A stretch of 64,000 bases of DNA. Origin: Ostrea edulis (lineage: Eukaryota). Each line of letters starts with the position of its first letter. Position 1 is the first letter of the stretch. Location: positions 102,114,001 to 102,178,000 of the forward strand of contig NC_079165.1 in the NCBI RefSeq assembly GCF_947568905.1, given 5' to 3'. Under the pieces are notes generated by a model, which saw only the letters and a list, made by a program, of their open reading frames with translations, was not told where the DNA came from and did no database searches. This document shows positions 49,270-59,865 of this stretch, piece after piece. The position numbers and the translations under genes were made by a program.

Positions 49270-50825
49270 CTGTTGTGAAGGGGATTCAAGTGTAGGAAAA
49301 TGAAATGCCATACTCTCTTTAATAGGGGAAATAATGAAAGTCATGGACAAATGGATGTTATATTTAAGAAATATTCTTTTCAAGAACCCACGGGCCAATT
49401 TCAACCGGACTTGGTACAATGCATCTTTAAGTAATTTAGGGGCTTTCAGATTTATTCAAATTATGACAGTGTTTCTTTTTAAAGGGAGATGATCTATAGA
49501 AAATAAATGTAGTGAAATTGAGGTGGGCTTGCTTTAATATCTTCTCCTGAACCACTGGATTTAGAATTTAAAAATGTTGACAGACACATCATCATACAGT
49601 GTAGAAGTTTATTGATAGGCCATTGGCCAGAAACTTTGATAGGAATATGCAGGGAACTACTTCACCTTCTCAAGTGTAGCAAGACTGTAGTATATTTCAT
49701 GTGTTCATGTGTAGATTCAGTTTAATTTAAATTGTTTTCTCTTGCACTTACATTGATGCATTTATGTTTTTGAAAATGGCTATCTATGGCAATCCTGGTG
49801 AAGATTTCAATGGCATCTCATTACCCGATTGCTTCCTTTATGTATAAAACATTTAATTGGAAAGACTTTCTGAGTATTCAAAGGTGCCCCCCCCCCCCAC
49901 CACCACCACATTAGGTTGAGCTATGATGGGAAATACAGACCTTAAAATTCTCTCAAGCAAAACTTTCAAATTAATATGAAAGCATTTTTCTATTACCATA
50001 TTTGTTCTATAATAAACATATTTGCAAATTACCTATTAATTTTAATGTAGAGTCCATGACGTGTTGCGATTTTGAATCAAAGTTTAGATTTTTATTGATT
50101 TGCAGGGTTAATTTAACTCGTGAGCATTTGCAGCACACAGTGATCAACATGTACATGATATGAATTTTTTATGTGGTTAGCCTCCTAATCTTTCAGAATG
50201 AGATTTTGTGGTTACTATCATATCTGTAATGAACTATTAATACATGCCTTTGACGAAGGGATTTTTCTAAATCAAAGAAAAACAACAAAAATAGTTCTTT
50301 TCATTTGTACACTTTAGCCTGCACAGATTTTGTCAGCAAGATGAAATAAGCTGTTGTGTATAGGTACCCAGATATGAGGTGGTCATTATCAGCTTAGTCA
50401 TGTTTATCTAGGTCATCCCCCTCCCAGAAATAAAAATCACTTGCCCTATTGGTAGAGGACAAAAGGACATTTAGTTTATAGGGATCCGAAAGAACTTTGT
50501 GATACACAAAATAATATAGAACAAACAGTAAACATAATTCTGTTTGTTTTCATCTGATGTGATTGTAGAGTACATAATGAAAATTACCTTTTGTAGTTTC
50601 AGTGAAGAAAAATTTGAATTATCGATAATTGTAAAATAATTCCTTGATAGGTTAACACTGAACTTTTTTCCCCCTCCACTCGTATGATAATACAATGGTT
50701 AACAGTGAACTTTTTTCCTTCAGTTGTATGATAATGCGATGGTACATGCGGGTTTGGTGGATGACCCCAGAACAATGGTGGACAGGCTGAACGAACTCCT
50801 AGAAAAAGCCCTAGACAAACACTGA
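25578..50825 (+). CDS. TRAP1: Heat shock protein 75 kDa, mitochondrial (TNF receptor-associated protein 1, HSP90 family); 17 exons, about 716 aa
   Basis: Exons with GT-AG and consistent phase: 25578-25698, 28079-28237, 29409-29491, 29606-29755, 30621-30692, 30846-31009, 31206-31315, 31524-31597, 31752-31914, 32157-32270, 32606-32675, 33410-33557, 35953-36080, 36531-36804, 37186-37331, 37640-37712, 50724-50825 (2151 nt). Motifs: [56 protein letters not shown]; C-terminus [24 protein letters not shown]. Exon 1 is an Arg/Ser-rich presequence and is the least certain exon. Confidence 0.95.
25985..26812 (+). mobile_element. Non-autonomous Helitron-like element in TRAP1 intron 1 (related copy at about 60395-60992)
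   Basis: 5' part ggtgtgaccgttggaccgagcgaag and 3' hairpins gacgggcc-ttt-ggcccgtc and cgagctttgctcg. Equivalent motifs occur in PWP2 intron 1. Superfamily assignment is inference. Confidence 0.45.
26968..27525. repeat. 34-bp minisatellite, about 16 copies (TRAP1 intron 1)
   Basis: Unit ttggattctgtgtcattatttgccttacttttcg with variants; degenerate copies resume at about 27850-27960 beyond a SINE. Confidence 0.9.
27575..27830 (-). mobile_element. Degenerate SINE copy
   Basis: Similar to 12878-13110 (ttctcacttct.aatgccaagtg.ttg...aatcactacc). Confidence 0.55.
28207..29303 (+). repeat. About 37-bp tandem array (about 29 copies) derived from the TRAP1 exon 2 3' end plus donor
   Basis: Unit accatcataaaaaacacagaacgcagcaaag|gtcagt; the first copy is the coding exon end. 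A higher-order block repeats with a 632-bp period. Confidence 0.95.
29604..29954 (+). repeat. Perfect 175-bp tandem duplication containing the whole TRAP1 exon 4
   Basis: Exon copies at 29606-29755 and 29782-29931 are identical by eye and separated by 26 nt (gt...ag). Confidence 0.95.
32665..33026 (+). repeat. 53-bp tandem array (7 copies) spanning the TRAP1 exon 11 donor
   Basis: CAG|GTAAAG donors at 32676, 32729, 32782, 32835, 32888, 32941 and 32994. Confidence 0.95.
33968..34172. repeat. 28/35-bp minisatellite (about 6 copies)
   Basis: Unit (tacactg)tacatttgtagaattgaattctttagta. Confidence 0.9.
34249..35920. repeat. 33-bp minisatellite, about 50 copies, filling TRAP1 intron 12
   Basis: Unit gatattgtagtgatgattatactgaggtgtgga with y/r variants and occasional 31-bp units. 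Confidence 0.95.
38750..39925 (-). mobile_element. Internally deleted DNA transposon with 16-bp perfect TIRs, 6-bp TSD and a degenerate transposase-like fragment
   Basis: CATACATGCCAACTTT at 38750-38765 and its reverse complement at 39910-39925; TAAGTC on both sides. Minus-strand 39120-39265 reads [11 protein letters not shown].../[15 protein letters not shown], resembling hAT-type [23 protein letters not shown]...C.RTK. Confidence 0.7.
42606..42880 (-). mobile_element. SINE copy
   Basis: Reverse complement of the 12172-12417 family (tttcactcatatggagacgtcacc...gagcagggagggatctttatc...attctaacccgg). Confidence 0.85.
43015..43815. repeat. 42-bp minisatellite, about 19 copies
   Basis: Unit gttgattactggtaagtcatgatttcagggagctatatatag; identical phase at 43141 and 43561 (10 x 42). 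Confidence 0.95.
44100..44460 (-). mobile_element. Possible degenerate LINE ORF1 coiled-coil remnant
   Basis: Minus-strand frameshifted translation [18 protein letters not shown]...MTSRMN resembles a coiled-coil N-terminus; multiple stops and frameshifts. Confidence 0.25.
45855..46210 (+). mobile_element. Tandem pair of tRNA-derived short elements
   Basis: 45884-45954 folds as a cloverleaf (GGCCAGA/TCTGGTC acceptor, 8-nt anticodon loop, damaged T loop). A second copy lies near 46100-46210 with the same tail gcattttctcccttcct. Confidence 0.65.
46454..47168. mobile_element. hAT-type MITE (8-bp TSD) carrying an internal about 44-bp tandem array
   Basis: Ends TAGGGGTG...CACCCCTA; TSD TCTCTAAG at 46446-46453 and 47169-47176; subterminal cgatacgata motifs. 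Array cctcagactttaatacccgcttttacattgtgacatcagagatt at about 46620-46990. Confidence 0.85.
47661..48623 (+). mobile_element. Non-autonomous Helitron/Helentron-associated element with about 5 Cg170-like (about 166 bp) monomers
   Basis: 5' tttttagctcacctga, gtccgtc-type microsatellite, internal monomers aaaatcttcttctcaagaaccac...gattcaagtttgttcaaatcatggccc, 3' hairpin ggcccatgggcc and ...ctcttgtt end. Confidence 0.85.
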
Positions 50826-51089
50826 TTTGGACATGCCTGTAAAGGGCGTCTAATGATGGGAGATGCTGATGTGCATTAACACTGAATATTTTCCGTGAAA
50901 AAGGTGTTTGATTAACTGCTTTACTGCAACAATTCCTGTATGTTTTATGGGAGGGACTTTAGTATTGAACATTACACGGAGACTTGAGAGAATGGCCACG
51001 TAAAGCAGTAGAGAACCGTCACTATATGGATTATGTTTTACCTTAGGGACTACAGAGTGCATATGTGTTAACTAACTTGTCTGTGATTC

Positions 51090-51095
51090 AATAAA
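51090..51095 (+). promoter_or_regulatory. Probable TRAP1 polyadenylation signal
   Basis: AATAAA about 265 nt after the stop codon, followed by U/GU-rich sequence. Confidence 0.6.
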
Positions 51096-53199
51096 AATAT
51101 TACTGATTATCGTTTGTTTTGTGTTTTATAACTCGGGGTGAATATCTAGAAAAAAGGAACGTACAGATTGTTTTGTTGCTAGACAGAAACCTTATGAAAG
51201 AGATCCAAACCAAGTCTTTCAAATTAGAACAAACCAAAGTTATTAAGTAGGCTGACATAGATACCAGCCCCTCCAGAATGTGTGTATCGGGACACCCAGG
51301 CCATCACTTCACACAAATCTGGGACATGAATGTCGCAGATAATTTTACATGACTCAATATAACCTACACCAAAACTGTTGTTCAGGTACACCAATTTAAG
51401 GTAGCTCACTACATTTTATGACATTACGTCACAAGATAGCGATTCAAATGTTTACTTGTATATCGCTTGATTGGATTGTATATCTACGTAGCTCAATTAA
51501 TGGATAAGGAATATTACTAACCCGCAGATCTTGAGATCAAATCTGCCAATGTCTTTTATCTAATAGAAATAAGTTTTTTCCCCTACAAATAGCATATTTT
51601 TTGCATTTTTGACATGTACTTACAGAGCATGTTTTGCATAGCAAGATTTGCTTCCTAATCTGACAGTATCTAGGTGTTGGTTGTATAGTGGATTCAAGAC
51701 AGTTGCATGTTTGACTAAAAGCCATTCCCATCTACAGTAAAACCTCTCTAATCTGACATGCACTGGGAGACCAATTTTTTGTTGGAATACACAGTATGTC
51801 AGAATAAGCAGTGTAAAAAAATGAAAATTAAAAGGGTCTGAATGCACAGGTGTCAGATTAGACAGTTTTCACTGCATTACTATTTACCAGGTACCCATAG
51901 TATTACTGACTTTAGTCAGTGTTCCATTTCTCAATGAGATAATAATCTTCATGGTTTCATTTCGGAATACAGTAATCAATCAATTAGAACATGCTTTCTT
52001 ACCTCATCCAAATTGCAACTCAGTAGTAAATGAGTCATCCTGAACCGTTGAGTTAGTGCCCCTAAATTTTTTTCTAAGTTCAGTATGTGATCAGTCTTAT
52101 AATTTTGGTGGACTAAGGCTCCCATCTCCCAAAGTTTTTGGGTGTGTCAGTTTGAGTACAGTAAACCTGAAGAGTTGCTATGCTTCACATGATACAAAGC
52201 ATGCTCAAATATACTGCATGTAAAGGATATCCAATCCAGTATCATTATTTAAACAATTGAAATACTTTCTTTTTGTTGTTTTATTGGGTGATGAATTGCA
52301 GAAAAAATTCTTAACACGCATTAGCAGGTTAAATAAATTTTTCTGTAGTGGATGTTACCTTCATCTATTTGACCTTGATGATACTCCATATTTGGTAATG
52401 ACTATGTGAACTGGTGGTATTAAAAAACCGAAACAAAATAGTTTGCGAGTGTGTTCATTGTCTACAATGAAAGCAATGTAAATTTCAAAAGAAATAAAAT
52501 TCAGCTAATGTAAATATCCAAATATGCATTTTGCATAATCAGATTGGAGTGAATTTGTATGCTGCGAAGTCTGCAAATAAACATTGCAATATATTATTGA
52601 AAACTGCCTACAAATCCGACACCTGTGCAATTCATTTCACTGGGTATTCCAACTCTCAGCTTTAGTTACATATTTTCATTCTTTACAGTTTACTTTGACA
52701 CACTGTATTTCAATGAAAAGTTAGCCTCCCAGTGCATGTCAGATTACAGGTTTTCCTATAACAAGGTCAATTTTCGGTGAAACCCACCTCCTGTTATCCC
52801 AACTGAGCTGTTACAGCGTAGACTAAAATCTCTAGTTAGTACTTTGTCTCCTGGATTATAGCTTACCTCCATGGTTGTCCGTCTGACACACATTTCTGTT
52901 GTGCTGAGGTAGTGATATTCCGATAGAAATTAGCTGTGGTGGCCTCAGATCAAATTTCTATTTTTACAAGAGTTGTGCCATTTGTACATTATTCTTTGCG
53001 CAGATTATAGAAATTATTTTTCAAATCTAAGAATATGTTGTCTTCTAAGAATGACTTCAACTCTATTTCCAACCATTTAATCTTTCTTGGGTATTAAAGA
53101 AGTTTAGTCATATGCAACAGTGAATCAGATGGCCGACAAAACTACTTCCTCATAGAAAACAACAATGTAAATACAATCAACAAACATCTTCAATTTTAA

Positions 53200-53210
53200 T
53201 TTATTTTATT
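53200..53210 (-). promoter_or_regulatory. Probable ATP6V0C polyadenylation signals
   Basis: Two overlapping TTTATT (AATAAA on the minus strand) about 750 nt after the stop codon. Confidence 0.5.
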
Positions 53211-53956
53211 GCCACTTGGCATACTTGAAACAATGGTATTAACCTAATACAGATTCGCTGCTAGATCTAGCTCCACGGTGATTTAAGACATAATTCTTAC
53301 TCTATATATAAACACATCCTGTTGGATTAAAACGATGAAGAAATTTAAAAATTGACATTGTTCATTAGGCAAGGGCAAACATTATATGTAGAAAGCATTT
53401 CGATTTTACATATATTTTCTTATTTCTGCAAATTTCCAAATTCAGCTCAACACGGAATAACAGACAATATAAATATTTTTTGTTACCATATGTACAGCTT
53501 AGTATGTACACGTACCTTGTGTAGTAAAAGAATTTCATAGTTTACGGCTGGGGTGGGGGGTAGGGGCTGTGTGTAGGGGTGGGGGTCTGGAAATGGACTA
53601 CAGAACAGAAATGTCAGAATGATTGAGCAGAAATACTTTTAGAACTTTTACGTTTCAAGGTACACAGAATTGAGACCCATGTTTGACTTCACACAAACCA
53701 CAGAATGATGCACAAGATCTAGAATAAACTGGCCGACTATGGAATGATTATAACACAGCATTTACAACAATGTTCTAACAACACTACCACATCCAGACCT
53801 TATACAATGTCAATGACAAAGTAGTTTCACATGGGTTTACTTAAAATGTACAGGATTTATATAAAGTTACTTTAATCGACCCCTCTCTTACACACACAGT
53901 ATAATATCTGACCAGCATTTTAGAGTTTGTACACGTTCAGTCATGGAAGAGATGAA

Positions 53957-56900
53957 TTAACTCTCATTTCTGGTCGCCAAAATTAGGGCTACGATAAATC
54001 CGTATAATCCCAATACTTCAGCAAAAATAAGAATTAGAATCATTCCCACAAACAGTCGAGGTTGCTGTGCCGTACCACGTACCCCTGCGTCACCCACAAT
54101 TCCGATGGCAAATCCTGCAGCGAGACCGCTGAGGCCTACACTAAGACCAGCTCCTAAATGTGTGAAGCTCCTACAAATAGAATGTTAGAAGTTTTATTTA
54201 AGATCAACAAAACAAGTTTTACATCATAAGAACGCATGTCAACTGCATCAGGCTCAGTAATTAACGAAAAAGAATGGAAGTAGTATAGGAGAATGCAATA
54301 TGATGCTGGCAATAACAATGGTTTTTTAAAACTTTGGTCATAATTCCAAATTTTCTTACAAAATTATCAACTTACTTGAATATGGTATAATCTTTATCAA
54401 TGCTGTTGGCTATTACTGCAGCTACCACCAATCCATAAATAGCCAGAATACCAGCCATGACCACAGGGATGACGGACTTCATAATCAGTTCAGGCCTCAT
54501 CACGGACATGGCTGCAATTCCAGTACCAGATTTAGCTGTTCCATAGGCAGCTCCCAGAGCTGAAAGTACAAAGTGGTATATGTTTACACGCATGTCTATA
54601 GTCGGCTGCCTTCATTTTGTCAATTTCTGATTATTTTCACAAACTCATCCCCTGAAAGTGATTTTTTCTGATGCATGTTCAATATAAAAATCAAGTCACA
54701 TCTAGCACATTTTAAGCAACAGCCACTTTGAGAAAACCAAATGTGACTTTCCAAAAATGTAATACATGTATTTGTAAGTGTTATATCATTTAAGCACTTT
54801 CATGGCTAAGGTTATTCTGATGGAGATACAGCAACAACTGTTACAATATAATCTGTCAATGTGTGATCACGACACAAAGAGAACACCTCCTTTCTTCTGT
54901 AGTGAAACAATAATCTTAGAATCAATGGTTTCTCACTGACACTGGAGAAGAAATAAGTTCAACAGGACCTACTTCAACAGGAAGTTTGTTACATACACCT
55001 GCAAGCATATGCTGATTTTACTTGACAACTATTTGGATCATTTAGAGAATCATAATATATACATGTACATTAAATCAAATATTTCCAGTTTGAATGTCTG
55101 GTTTTTTTAAAGCTATGTATACAAATTAGTCTGTAGTAAAAATGTTTAAGAAACATTATTTTATTTACATATATGCTTCCTGTGTGGCAATATCAAAAGG
55201 GTAAATGTTTGTTATAGACAGGGTTCACAAGATATTGAGTGGACAATATTTTCTTGGGTCCTGAGTAGTTTGACCTCAAAATCAACCTTTAGGATGTACT
55301 AATGTACCAAATATGATATCTGTCAAGAAAAAATTTCTTAAAATATTGAGTGGACAACACACCACAAAGAATATGTGTGCACACCACTAAATGCCCCTTT
55401 TTTTTCAAATGGGCGGGGTGGACATAAAAATACACCCTCCCCCCAACCAAACAATCTGTCTAACAAGTGTACAAGTTTAATTTTACACTTTTACTTTATA
55501 TTTGGCCTAATATATTCCTTGTGATAATACCAATCCATTGATATCAAAATAATCCAATATTGCCACAAAATCATATCCACACTATCCACTAATTTTGTTT
55601 GTTCATTTTGTTCTACAGTATATGTAAAACCACAAGATACATGTGCCTCATGTCCCCAAGGTCACGGGAAATGAGAATTTCAGAGATTAACCATTTATTT
55701 TACACAGTGTCTGGACTTTCACTACAGGTGAAATACCCACGAGGTAAAACATTTCTGACATTTAGCCATTCATCAGTATTGTGTGTTAAAACTTGAACAT
55801 ACTGAAAAACTTACTTTGACTACATTGAAGTAACTACATCTGTCCTAAAAGCACTAATAGTCCCTCTCAGGACTTGCCCAATCTGGTGCATATCACCATT
55901 TAAAGGTCACTTGTATATCAGCTGGTGTCAATTATGACCAGCTTTTAGCTTTAGCCTATGTTGCTTTGTTGAACATGAAATCAACTCTCTTCCCTGTCTG
56001 ACCTTGCAAATGACCATAAGTATACCTAGTACAATAGCCAGTCAGGGCTACTTTAATAAGCCCACAGAAAATTTAGAATCTTACTTGATACATTTTATGA
56101 AATTATGCATGTTTAGATAATTATGTATTGTATTCTAATATTTCTTTTTTTTGATCAAACACTGCATATAAAAGTATTTTGAAATATGCATAAATTGCTC
56201 ATTTAGTCAAACCCTTGATGTAAACAATTTTGATGGTTGGTAGAAAAGTAAAGACATTCAAAACATTGAAAAAATTGTGAAAATTGTTTTGATTAATAAA
56301 TTGTAGTTGTTTCAACTAAGTCTGTTTGCATCCAAACAAAATACATTGCTTTGTGTTAAAAATACCATTCAGTTGGATTAATTGTCAAAAATTGTTAAAA
56401 TATTAAAATATTGAGATTGCATCATGTGCATGGATTATTGAAATGTCTTCCCTTGAAAACGAGACAAACTAGATGTGTCGGTATGATTGATTGATTGATT
56501 GTATTTTGCTTTATGTCTTGCTCGAGAATTTTTGACTGATATGGAGACGTCACCAAGACTGGTGAAGGGCTTCAAATTTAGGCCTATGCTCGGGGCGGCA
56601 TGTACAGGTGGCGAGTAATGGCTAGGACATTTGAAAGTCCAAGGGCAACAACTCTGATAAAAGGTAATATGAAAGTTATCAAAAAGGTAAACACTAAAAA
56701 TATGCTTATCATTTAAGAGAACATCAGAGAAAGAAGTCTAGAAGTTTATGGGCAATGACTTTGGTAAAAATAGATCAATCTGACATCATGAAACTCAAAC
56801 TTGATCCATAAGTCATCAATATAAATATATATTTATATATATATATAATAGATATTAATTCATTATCTATAAGCAAAGTAAAAAAAAAGTCTGAAAAACC

Positions 56901-59572
56901 CCCAACTATATTAAGATAGAATGACTGATGGAAAATGGTAACACTTTATCTCCCAACTATACAGGGGCAACAAAAAAAAACCAACCAAAAAAAAAAAAAG
57001 AAAGAGGTTTGACTGAATAGACACAAAATAGGTCATTTCTACGATGGTTTACATTTTGTCCAATTTGTTTTTAAAACTAGCAAAATGTCATTGGGCTGAG
57101 GTAAATTACAAGCTCAAACATACTCTTTATGGCCATAAGGGAACATCTAATGCTACTTTGTTGTATATCATAGCCTGCATAAGAATAAAGTTTTTCTCCC
57201 ATTGACCTTAAACAAATGACCTTGGATCAGAGTCAAGAGACACATTTCATACCATATGCAGTCTTTGTGACAAGCATGAGCATCTTCTATTTTTTTCATA
57301 CCAAGTTACGACCCAAACATGATTTGCAAAGACAGATGTCCCCAAAAATTTTGATTGCAGGGGATATAATATTAAGGTAATAGTAACTATTAGTAAGAAT
57401 GCATCAGGAAATCACTTAATGGTTTTTAAGAAACATGGAAACATTTAAATATGGGTTTCCACTTTGATTCTAAATCCAGTACCGATCCATATATCCTGCT
57501 CACTGCTGCCTCAGCACCTCTATTTTTGGTATAGCCCTTACCAATAAGATGCTAGTAGCCAGAAAAACCTGTTCTAAGCTGTCCAAATCAATGAGAAATT
57601 CTGTCCTACACATTCCTCTCCAGATCTGCCCATTATAAATGAAGGAATCAATATCTCCTACTACCACACCATACAGCATACACAGAAGCAGGAAATCAAT
57701 GCAATTCTAAAACAGTATTACAGGGTCACTGAGGACTTCACACATTACCAAACTTTATCTACCTACTACTAACTACAAAGAACTGATAATATTATTTATC
57801 AATGTTTACATTAAGCACTGTAACCAGATACACAACACAACCTGACAAGCAGCCCTATAAATAGTCTGATTGAAGAACAGCTAAAGACCTTTCAATAACT
57901 GAAATAGATGTAAATCTAATTACCTATATATATTAAAAGCCATATTTTACTACACTTACAATTGTACACATTAAAATATTATCTACTACAACTACTCTGT
58001 ATCATATATATATTAAGTTATTCATAATAGTCATGTGACCTAACACCTGCTGCCAACATAAATGTCACATGCATTATACCTGGCCAATCTTTAACCATGT
58101 GATCATATATTACATAAATCAGCTGATTTTGTTTTAAGTATTTCAAAATTCTGAAAACTGAGGATAACTGACTTTCTGACTTGTTTTACAATTTTCCACA
58201 ATGATTTAATGCACATCAAGTGGTGTGCTAAAAAATTAATCATCCACTTCAGTCAACAATTAGAGGGGTCAAAGCACTACAACTTCTACCATGCAAAGCG
58301 TCATCTGAACAATTGTAATTGTCAGTAAAACTAAACAGTAGAACTATTATTGTAAACTGGTGATCATGGATATCAATAGTATAATATTTCTAAATAAAAA
58401 CCCCACCCCTTTGCCATCTTTCCGAAGACTTAGAATTAATCTAGGTTTATATTACAGTGAAATTCCTCTGTGGCCTGGATTTAACTTTTAAAACATGATA
58501 GCAAATATTATCTCTTGAATGACTCTATCACTATATACACAACTCTGAATTTCAAACTACTAACATTTTCCATGTCATTTCAATGTCAACACAGAGACCC
58601 AAAGAAGAGACAACCTTGGAATTTTCCTACTTTCCATTTGTTAATGCCATTTCATGACAACCCATGGAATGTCTGCATGCACAATTAATATTTCTTATGT
58701 TGGTCCATTAAGATAGACAACAACATGAAAGGTAAAATGATATCTGCCTTGCTCACACACATAAACAAATGCATTATTTAATGCCGTTACTGTAGTTTAA
58801 ATCTTACAATATTAAAGAATGCATAAATTTGTCAATTTAAACAAAAAATTCCACATTCAAACTTTGAAGCTTTAGGTGTAGCTATACATGTTAAAAGAAA
58901 TGAAAATGATAAAAATTACGTAAGTAACACACTTGACAAGCCGGATGCAGCATTTCTTAAGTGTTGTCTCAACTTGTTTGCAGACAAAAATCAATCATTT
59001 GAAAGAACTATCTATACTATAATAAACTCTTATATGTATCATTGTATGTCATATATTTCAACAGAAACTGACTATGTATCATAGAAGAAGAAAATTATAT
59101 TGACTTGTCCAGAATAGCTATAAGGGGCTTGGAAGAGACGTAGATAATCCTTTGTTTACTCAATCCTTTTCCTCCCAAAGGTCAATCCAGAGCTACGCAT
59201 TTATGTCAAGTACTTCTACTAATGAGACATAGGTAGTGGTTTAACAGTAGTATCCAAATAATATATTCGACTAATATTCATTAAATAAGTTTTATTACAA
59301 TTACTGCTGAATCTAATAACTAAAATAAAAAAAAAAATAAAAACCCAAAATGGATGGATTCAGTATTTCTAACGGGGAATAAGTGTTATATAAATTATAA
59401 ATATCTGCGACTTAAGTTAAGATCATATTACGTATATAACTACATGTACCCGACGATTGATAGATCAATCGACCTCAACATTTTCATTCAAAACCTTACC
59501 GCTGAAAGCTATGGCGGCTGTAGCACCCATTGAGCCGAAGAACGGTGTGTATATTGGTTTGTTATCTGCCAT
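53957..59572 (-). CDS. ATP6V0C: V-type proton ATPase 16 kDa proteolipid subunit c; 3 exons, 156 aa
   Basis: Exons 59500-59572, 54376-54559, 53957-54170 (471 nt, phases consistent). [17 protein letters not shown]...[28 protein letters not shown]...[32 protein letters not shown], with the conserved TM4 Glu. Confidence 0.97.
56485..56595 (-). mobile_element. SINE 3' fragment in ATP6V0C intron 1
   Basis: gattgattgattg tail plus ctcgagaattttt.act.atatggagacgtcacc...taggcctatgctcg. Confidence 0.8.
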
Positions 59573-59865
59573 GTTCCAAATCAAAGAAATTTCCCTTACA
59601 GACGAGTAAAATGTGGATATCTTTCTCAGCAGTTCTTCCTCAAATTATCCACCGTGAATATGGCGAATGACATGTAATCATGTGATCGATGGGAGGAAAA
59701 TTTGTGAACTGAGTTATCATTGGCTGAAGTTATTTTGAACAACCAATCAAAAATAATTTTACAATCCGAAATACCAAACAAGGGGGATAACTTTAATCAA
59801 ACACGTGGTTTTGTATACAAGCATCTTCACATGTCCGGTGAAAGATCTTCCTGACGTCTGTGACG
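59573..59865. promoter_or_regulatory. Putative bidirectional promoter shared by ATP6V0C and PWP2
   Basis: Only 293 bp separate the two divergent ATGs; contains oppositely oriented CCAAT motifs (attggct near 59719, accaatc near 59742). Confidence 0.7.
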
